DNA of 64,000 nucleotides from Candidatus Multivoradales bacterium. GTDB taxonomy: Bacteria > Acidobacteriota > Thermoanaerobaculia > Multivoradales > J023. The stretch covers positions 1,952,001-2,016,000 of the forward strand of contig CBDFLE010000005.1 of assembly GCA_965248925.1 (NCBI GenBank), in the 5' to 3' direction. Under the pieces are notes generated by a model. That model was given only the letters and a program-made list of their open reading frames with translations, did not search any database and was not told where the DNA came from. This document shows, piece by piece, positions 58,848 to 64,000 of the stretch (the stretch's first letter is position 1; each line of letters begins with the position of its first letter). The translations under genes and the position numbers were made by a program.

Positions 58848-60488
58848 ATGCACCCCGCAACCGCCCGCTCTGGTCCGCAGCCCGTTCAGCTCGTTGCCGA
58901 GCCTTCGGCCACTGCAGCAGTAGTGGCGCTGCAAGTCGGTCGCTGGCGATTCGACGCCGAGGTCAACCAGCTGGCCGACGACCACCAGCAGATTCACCTG
59001 GAACCCAGGCTGGCGGAGCTGCTGTCCTTCCTGATCGCCCGTGGCGGGAGGGTAGCCTCCAAGCAGCAGCTGGTCGAGCAGGTCTGGGAGGACCGCTTCG
59101 TCACCGATTCGGCGCTCACTCGGGCGGTCGCCGAGCTGCGCCGAGCGCTGGGCGACGACGCCCACGCACCGCGTTATATTGAGACCATTCCGAAAAGGGG
59201 CTACCGGCTGATCGCCGCGGTCTCTCCGCTGAGCACGGCAGCGGTCGAGGAGAGCGGAGCGGACCAGCGGACCGCGCTGATCGAAGACCACGGACATCTC
59301 GGCCCCACTGTGCCAACCACCGTGCCGCCCTGGATCGGGCCGCTGAGCAAGCGCGGTAGGAGGATGCTGACAGCGGCGGCGATCACCGCCTTGAGCCTCG
59401 CTGGCTGGCTGCTGTCGCGGGGCGTCGCCGATCGCGCCGACCGCCAGCTATTCGATCCGCCAGCCTTACACAAGCCGCTGCTGGCGGGATCGGCAGCGAT
59501 CAGATCGTCACCGACCGCTGCTCCTGGGGCGCTGGCCAGCCACCGCCCCAGCGCTCGCCAGCTGGCCGACCGGGGCTACGCTCTGCTGGCCGGCGCGGAT
59601 CATGCTGGCTTGCATCAGGCGCTCGACCTGTTTCGCGGAGCGATCGATCTGGACCTCTCCTACGCCCCGGCTCACGCCGGCCTGGCCGACAGCTATCACC
59701 GGCTGACCCTCTGCGAGCTGCTTCCCCCCGGCGACGGATTTCCTAAAGCACGAGCAGCGGCCCTCGAAGCATTGCGACTCGATCCCAGCCTGAGCCGCGC
59801 TCATGTGGTGCTGGCCAATGTTCGTTTCCTGTTCGACTGGGATTGGCCAGCCGCCGAATTGGAGTTTCTCCGCGCCGTGCAGCTAGCCCCTGACGACCCT
59901 GAGGTGGCAGAACCCTACGCCTTCTACCTGACTTGCATGGGACGTTTCACAGAAGCCATCGCTGAAGCTCAGCGAGCCCTCGAGCTGGCACCGGCGTCGA
60001 GCCGCCAGCGCAATGCCCTCGGCTGGGTCTACTTCAACGCCCGCCAGTTCGACCACTCTCTCGCCGTGCTGCGGCAGGAGCCCGACGCCAGCTACGACGA
60101 GTACATCGCCTGGAACCTGGCCTTGCTCGGCGAACACCACCGGGCGACCGAGATGCTCGAGCGCGCGGCGGCGCGAAAGGCAGATCCGGTGCCGATCTTC
60201 CTCGGCACCCTCGGCTGGTCGCTGGCCCAGTCTGGGCGGACCGAGCAAGCGCGTGAGCTGCTCGCTGAGCTCCAGCCAAGGCGGCCTCACTCATGGGCGG
60301 AGCTCTATCCCCTGTCCCTGGTCCACGCCGCTCTCGGCGAAGCCGACCAAGCCTTCTATTGGCTCGACCGGGCGATCGAGGAACGTTCCTTGAATCTGAT
60401 CTTTCTCAAGGTCGAACCGTTCCTCGACCCTATTCGCGACGATCCCCGCTACCACCAGCTGCTACAGAGATTGGGTTTGGGAAGATGA
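58848..60488 (+). CDS. CadC/ToxR-like winged-helix regulator with a TM segment and TPR repeats
   Basis: 'LEPRL..LL..L', 'LTRAVAELRRALGDD..APRYIETIPKRGYRL', TPRs, and 'DP.RDDPRY' C-terminus. Confidence 0.88.
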   Translation: MHPATARSGPQPVQLVAEPSATAAVVALQVGRWRFDAEVNQLADDHQQIHLEPRLAELLSFLIARGGRVASKQQLVEQVWEDRFVTDSALTRAVAELRRALGDDAHAPRYIETIPKRGYRLIAAVSPLSTAAVEESGADQRTALIEDHGHLGPTVPTTVPPWIGPLSKRGRRMLTAAAITALSLAGWLLSRGVADRADRQLFDPPALHKPLLAGSAAIRSSPTAAPGALASHRPSARQLADRGYALLAGADHAGLHQALDLFRGAIDLDLSYAPAHAGLADSYHRLTLCELLPPGDGFPKARAAALEALRLDPSLSRAHVVLANVRFLFDWDWPAAELEFLRAVQLAPDDPEVAEPYAFYLTCMGRFTEAIAEAQRALELAPASSRQRNALGWVYFNARQFDHSLAVLRQEPDASYDEYIAWNLALLGEHHRATEMLERAAARKADPVPIFLGTLGWSLAQSGRTEQARELLAELQPRRPHSWAELYPLSLVHAALGEADQAFYWLDRAIEERSLNLIFLKVEPFLDPIRDDPRYHQLLQRLGLGR

Positions 60489-60500
60489 CCTGCGTAGGAT

Positions 60501-61409
60501 CTACGGCACCAACACCGGCCGCAGGTGGCCGTCACTGCGCTGCAGTCGCTGGCGCGCCTCCTCGACTTCGACCCCGCAGCGGGCCATCACAATGGCGGTC
60601 TTGACCTCGCCCTTGGCCAGTTCGTACAGCCGGGCCGCTTCGGCATCTGAAACCTGGCCAGCGGCGGCAACGATGCGCCGCGCGCGATCTTGCAACTTGG
60701 CCGAACCGGTGCGCAAATCGACCATCAGGTTGTCGTAAACCTTGCCCAAGCGCACCATGGCGGCGGTGGTGATGGCGTTGAGTGCCGCCTTGGTGGCCGA
60801 ACCGGCCTTGAGACGGGTGGAGCCGGTGAGCAGTTCGGGACCGGTGTCGAGAGCCAAGATGCAGTCGGCAACCTCTTCCAAACCGTCGGCGGCGGCACAG
60901 GTCAAGAGCACGGTGGCGGCACCACGCAGGCGCGCCGCGGTGAGCGCCGCCAGGGTGTAGGGGGTCACCGAACTGGCCGACAGGCCGATCAGCAGATCGC
61001 GCTCGCTGAGTTCGGCGCCGGCGGCGAGGCCGTCTTCTCGCCGATCTTCAGACCCTTCGCGGGCGCGGAAGACCGCTTCTTCACCACCGGCGATGGCGGC
61101 ACGGATGCGCCGCGGGTCGGTGCCGAAGGTGGGCGGGCACTCGGCGGCTTCGAGCACCGCCAGCCGGCCGCTGGTGCCGGCGCCGGCCAGCATCACGTCA
61201 CCACCGCGACGTAGGATTTCGGCGACTTGATCGGCGACCGCGGCAATCGGTCCGCTGAGGGCTGAAACGGCATCGAGACCACGGCGATCTTCGGCGACCA
61301 ACAACTTGACCAATTCCTCGGTCGAACGCAGATCGAGATCCCCATGTGTATGACGGGCCTCGGTGGCGAGGCGGCGCCAGGGCGAAGGAGGGGGGGCTAA
61401 TGTCTTCAT
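60501..61409 (-). CDS. murQ: N-acetylmuramic acid 6-phosphate etherase
   Basis: 'GAGTSGRL..LEAAECPPTFG', 'GPELLTGSTRLKAGSATK', 'GKVYDNLMVDL'. Confidence 0.95.
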   Translation of the reverse strand: MKTLAPPPSPWRRLATEARHTHGDLDLRSTEELVKLLVAEDRRGLDAVSALSGPIAAVADQVAEILRRGGDVMLAGAGTSGRLAVLEAAECPPTFGTDPRRIRAAIAGGEEAVFRAREGSEDRREDGLAAGAELSERDLLIGLSASSVTPYTLAALTAARLRGAATVLLTCAAADGLEEVADCILALDTGPELLTGSTRLKAGSATKAALNAITTAAMVRLGKVYDNLMVDLRTGSAKLQDRARRIVAAAGQVSDAEAARLYELAKGEVKTAIVMARCGVEVEEARQRLQRSDGHLRPVLVP

Positions 61410-61482
61410 CGGCCGGCTATTCTAGGCCAACCACGGCCCAGCGCCCAGCCGCGGGTTGTGTGCTAGCGTCAGTCGCCAACCG

Positions 61483-62694
61483 ATGATCGAAGCAAAAAGT
61501 CCCCAACAGATTCTTGCCGCTGCCCGCGCCCTGCTCCCCTGGCTGAGCGAGGTGCGGCGTGATTTCCACCGCCATCCTGAACTCGGCTTGGAGGAGCACC
61601 GCACCAGCGCCCGCATCCAGCAGCTGCTCGATGAACTCGGCATCGACTACCGTGCCGGCTTGGGTGGCACCGGCGTGCTCGGCACCCTGCCGGGGCCGGC
61701 CGGCAGTCGCACGGTGGCGCTGCGGGCCGATATCGACGGGCTACCGATCGAGGAACAGAACGAGGTCCCCTACCGCTCGCGACAGCCGGGCAAGATGCAC
61801 GCCTGCGGCCACGATGTTCACACCACCGTGCTGCTCGGCGCCGCCCGCCTGCTCAGCGAGATGGACGGGCCGCTGCCGGGCACGGTGAGGCTGCTCTTCC
61901 AACCTGCCGAGGAGACCGTCGGCGGCGCGCAGCTGATGATCGAGGGGGGCGCTTTGGACGATCCGCGAGCCGACGCCATTTTCGGCCTGCATGTGGAATC
62001 GGCGGTGGAGGTGGGCGGTTTCGAGCTGCGTTATGGTCAGCGCAACGCTTCTTCTGACGCCATCAAGCTGGTCATCCACGGCCGCTCGGGCCATGCTGCC
62101 TACCCCGCTGACAGTGTCGACGCCATCGTCGTCGCCGCCCAGGTGGTCAGCGCCCTGCAATCCGTGGTCAGTCGCAATGTCGACGCCCGCGAGGCAGCGG
62201 TGATCAGCTTTGGCACGATCCAAGGCGGTACGCAGGCGAACATCGTCGCCGATCGGGTGGAGCTCAGAGGCACTGTCCGCACTCTCGATCCGGCGATTCG
62301 CCAGCGGGTGCTGGAGCGCTTGCGCCAGACCGCCGAGGGAGTGGCGGCAGCGCTTGGCGGGCGAGCCGAGACCACCGTCGACGCCGGTTATCCACCCGTC
62401 ATCAACCATGAGCCGATGATCGATCTAGTGCGCCGCAATGCTGCCCAGCTGGTCGGCAAGGAGCGAGTGTCGATCAAATCTAAGCCCAACATGGGGGTCG
62501 AGGACTTCGCCTACTACCTACAGCAAGTTCCGGGAGCGTTTTTCTCTCTTGGAGTGCGCAATGAAGCTGCCGGCATCGTCCATCCGGTACACCACGAGCG
62601 CTTCGATGTCGACGAGGACTGCTTGCCGCTGGGAGTAGCGATCCAGGTGCTCAACACATTGAGTGCGCTGGCGGGTGAGGCGGAACCGTGCTGA
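61483..62694 (+). CDS. M20D-family amidohydrolase
   Basis: 'HRHPEL', 'LRADID.LP', 'MHACGHD', 'FQPAEE', 'EDFAYY'. Confidence 0.93.
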   Translation: MIEAKSPQQILAAARALLPWLSEVRRDFHRHPELGLEEHRTSARIQQLLDELGIDYRAGLGGTGVLGTLPGPAGSRTVALRADIDGLPIEEQNEVPYRSRQPGKMHACGHDVHTTVLLGAARLLSEMDGPLPGTVRLLFQPAEETVGGAQLMIEGGALDDPRADAIFGLHVESAVEVGGFELRYGQRNASSDAIKLVIHGRSGHAAYPADSVDAIVVAAQVVSALQSVVSRNVDAREAAVISFGTIQGGTQANIVADRVELRGTVRTLDPAIRQRVLERLRQTAEGVAAALGGRAETTVDAGYPPVINHEPMIDLVRRNAAQLVGKERVSIKSKPNMGVEDFAYYLQQVPGAFFSLGVRNEAAGIVHPVHHERFDVDEDCLPLGVAIQVLNTLSALAGEAEPC

Positions 62695-63917
62695 ACAAGA
62701 TCTGGGGTGGATTCTTCTTCATCGCCTTCGCCGTCGCCCTGGGGCGCTGGCTTCTCGGCGGTGAGGGGGAGGTCTGGGGCGAGCTGGTGGCGGCCGCCTT
62801 TGACATGGCCAAGACCGGCTTCGAGATTGCCCTCGGCCTGACCGGGGTGATGTGTCTGTGGCTGGGGATCATGAAGCTAGGCGAGAAGGGCGGCGCGGTG
62901 GACTTACTGGCTCGCGCCTTCAGACCGCTGATGCGCCGCCTTTTCCCCGGCGTGCCGGAGGGCCATCCGGCCGGCGGCTCGATGGTGATGAACCTGGCGG
63001 CCAATATGCTCGGTCTCGACAACGCCGCGACCCCCTTGGGGCTGAAGGCGATGAAGGAGTTACAGACGCTGAACCCCGAGCCCGACCGGGCCACCGACGC
63101 GCAGGTGCTCTTCCTGGTGCTAAACACTTCGGCGGTGACCGTGATCCCGACCACCATCCTGGTCTACCGCGCCCAACTCGGTGCCGCCGACCCCACCGAT
63201 GTCTTCGTGCCCATCTTGGTGGCGACCTTCATCAGCACTCTGGTGGGCTTGCTGGCCACCTCGCTGGTGCAGAAGATCCGCCTCTGGCAGCCGGTGGTGC
63301 TGGCATACTTGGGATCCATGACGGTGGCGATCGGCGGCTTGGTGGTCTACTGCTCACGGCTGCCCCGTGAGGTGCTCGAACGACAGACCCAGACTTTTGC
63401 CAATTTCTTTATCTTCACCCTGATCATCACCTTCATGGCCTTGGCCGCGCGCCGCCGACTGCCTCTGTACGAGACTTTTGTCGAAGGCGCCAAGGAGGGA
63501 TTCCAAGTGGCGGTGGGGATCATTCCCTTCTTGGTCTCCATGCTGGTGGCGATCGGCGTCTTCCGCGCCAGTGGCGCCCTCGACTACCTGCTCGATGGGG
63601 TGCGCTGGGCGACCGATGGGGTGGGTCTCGACAATCGCTGGGTCGACGGGCTGCCCACCGCCTTGATGAAACCGCTCTCGGGCAGCGGAGCGCGCGGCTT
63701 GATGCTGGAGACGATGAAGGCACAAGGCGCCGACTCTTTCGCCGGCCGCTTGGTGTCGATCCTCCAGGGCAGCACCGAGACCACCTTCTACGTGCTGGCG
63801 GTGTACTTCGGCTCAGTGGGTATCAAGCGCACCCGCCATGCCGTGCCTTGTGGGCTGGCCGCAGATGCCGCCGGCGTGCTGTCGGCGATCGGCGTCTGCT
63901 ACCTCTTCTTCGGCTGA
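62688..63917 (+). CDS. spmAB: Fused SpmA/SpmB (nucleoside-recognition Gate) membrane protein
   Basis: 'AANMLGLDNAATPLGLKAM', 'FVEGAKEG', 'KPLSGSGA', 'GSTETTFYVLAVYFG'. Confidence 0.9.
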   Translation: MLNKIWGGFFFIAFAVALGRWLLGGEGEVWGELVAAAFDMAKTGFEIALGLTGVMCLWLGIMKLGEKGGAVDLLARAFRPLMRRLFPGVPEGHPAGGSMVMNLAANMLGLDNAATPLGLKAMKELQTLNPEPDRATDAQVLFLVLNTSAVTVIPTTILVYRAQLGAADPTDVFVPILVATFISTLVGLLATSLVQKIRLWQPVVLAYLGSMTVAIGGLVVYCSRLPREVLERQTQTFANFFIFTLIITFMALAARRRLPLYETFVEGAKEGFQVAVGIIPFLVSMLVAIGVFRASGALDYLLDGVRWATDGVGLDNRWVDGLPTALMKPLSGSGARGLMLETMKAQGADSFAGRLVSILQGSTETTFYVLAVYFGSVGIKRTRHAVPCGLAADAAGVLSAIGVCYLFFG

Positions 63918-63933
63918 ACCTTGAGGACTCTCC

Positions 63934-64000
63934 ATGAAGCATAAGAGGCGTATAGCTATTACGTTGGGCCTGGGCGGCCTCGGGGTCGTCCTGGCCTGGG
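63934..64000 (+). CDS. Start of an ORF running off the window
   Basis: GAGG RBS, then ATG 'MKHKRRIAITLGLGGLGVVLAW', signal-anchor-like. Confidence 0.5.
   Translation, partial: MKHKRRIAITLGLGGLGVVLAW

Overview
GC-rich bacterial DNA. Acidobacteriota/Thermoanaerobaculia-like origin is an inference from the gene families. From left to right: (i) the 3' part of a giant (>3,280 aa) surface protein; (ii) a decayed accessory island (~9.85-22.75 kb) with an IS6 remnant, an att-like site, a truncated tyrosine integrase, an apparently intact group II intron sitting in the very end of an IS, a secreted CxxCH protein, an ECF sigma/Ser-Thr kinase pair and more IS fragments; (iii) envelope and glycan genes (GT-C-like, GT2, namZ, BNR protein, FAD oxidoreductase, epimerase, CRTAC1-like); (iv) a type I-C CRISPR-Cas locus (cas3-5-8c-7-4-1-2) with about 151 repeats (manual count 110+14+27). 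This locus is hit by three IS insertions: an IS3-family element splits cas4, an IS21 element splits a spacer, and a second IS3 copy sits at a repeat boundary; (v) a wHTH-TPR regulator, murQ, an M20 amidohydrolase and spmAB. Most notable: the IS3-family element has non-canonical ends with subterminal IRs; the intron's candidate EBS1 reads an IS end; cas4 is knocked out beside a huge array; two spacers differ only in the seed; two secreted proteins share a C-terminal IFxDGFES motif. All calls come from motif reading by eye; no database search was run.
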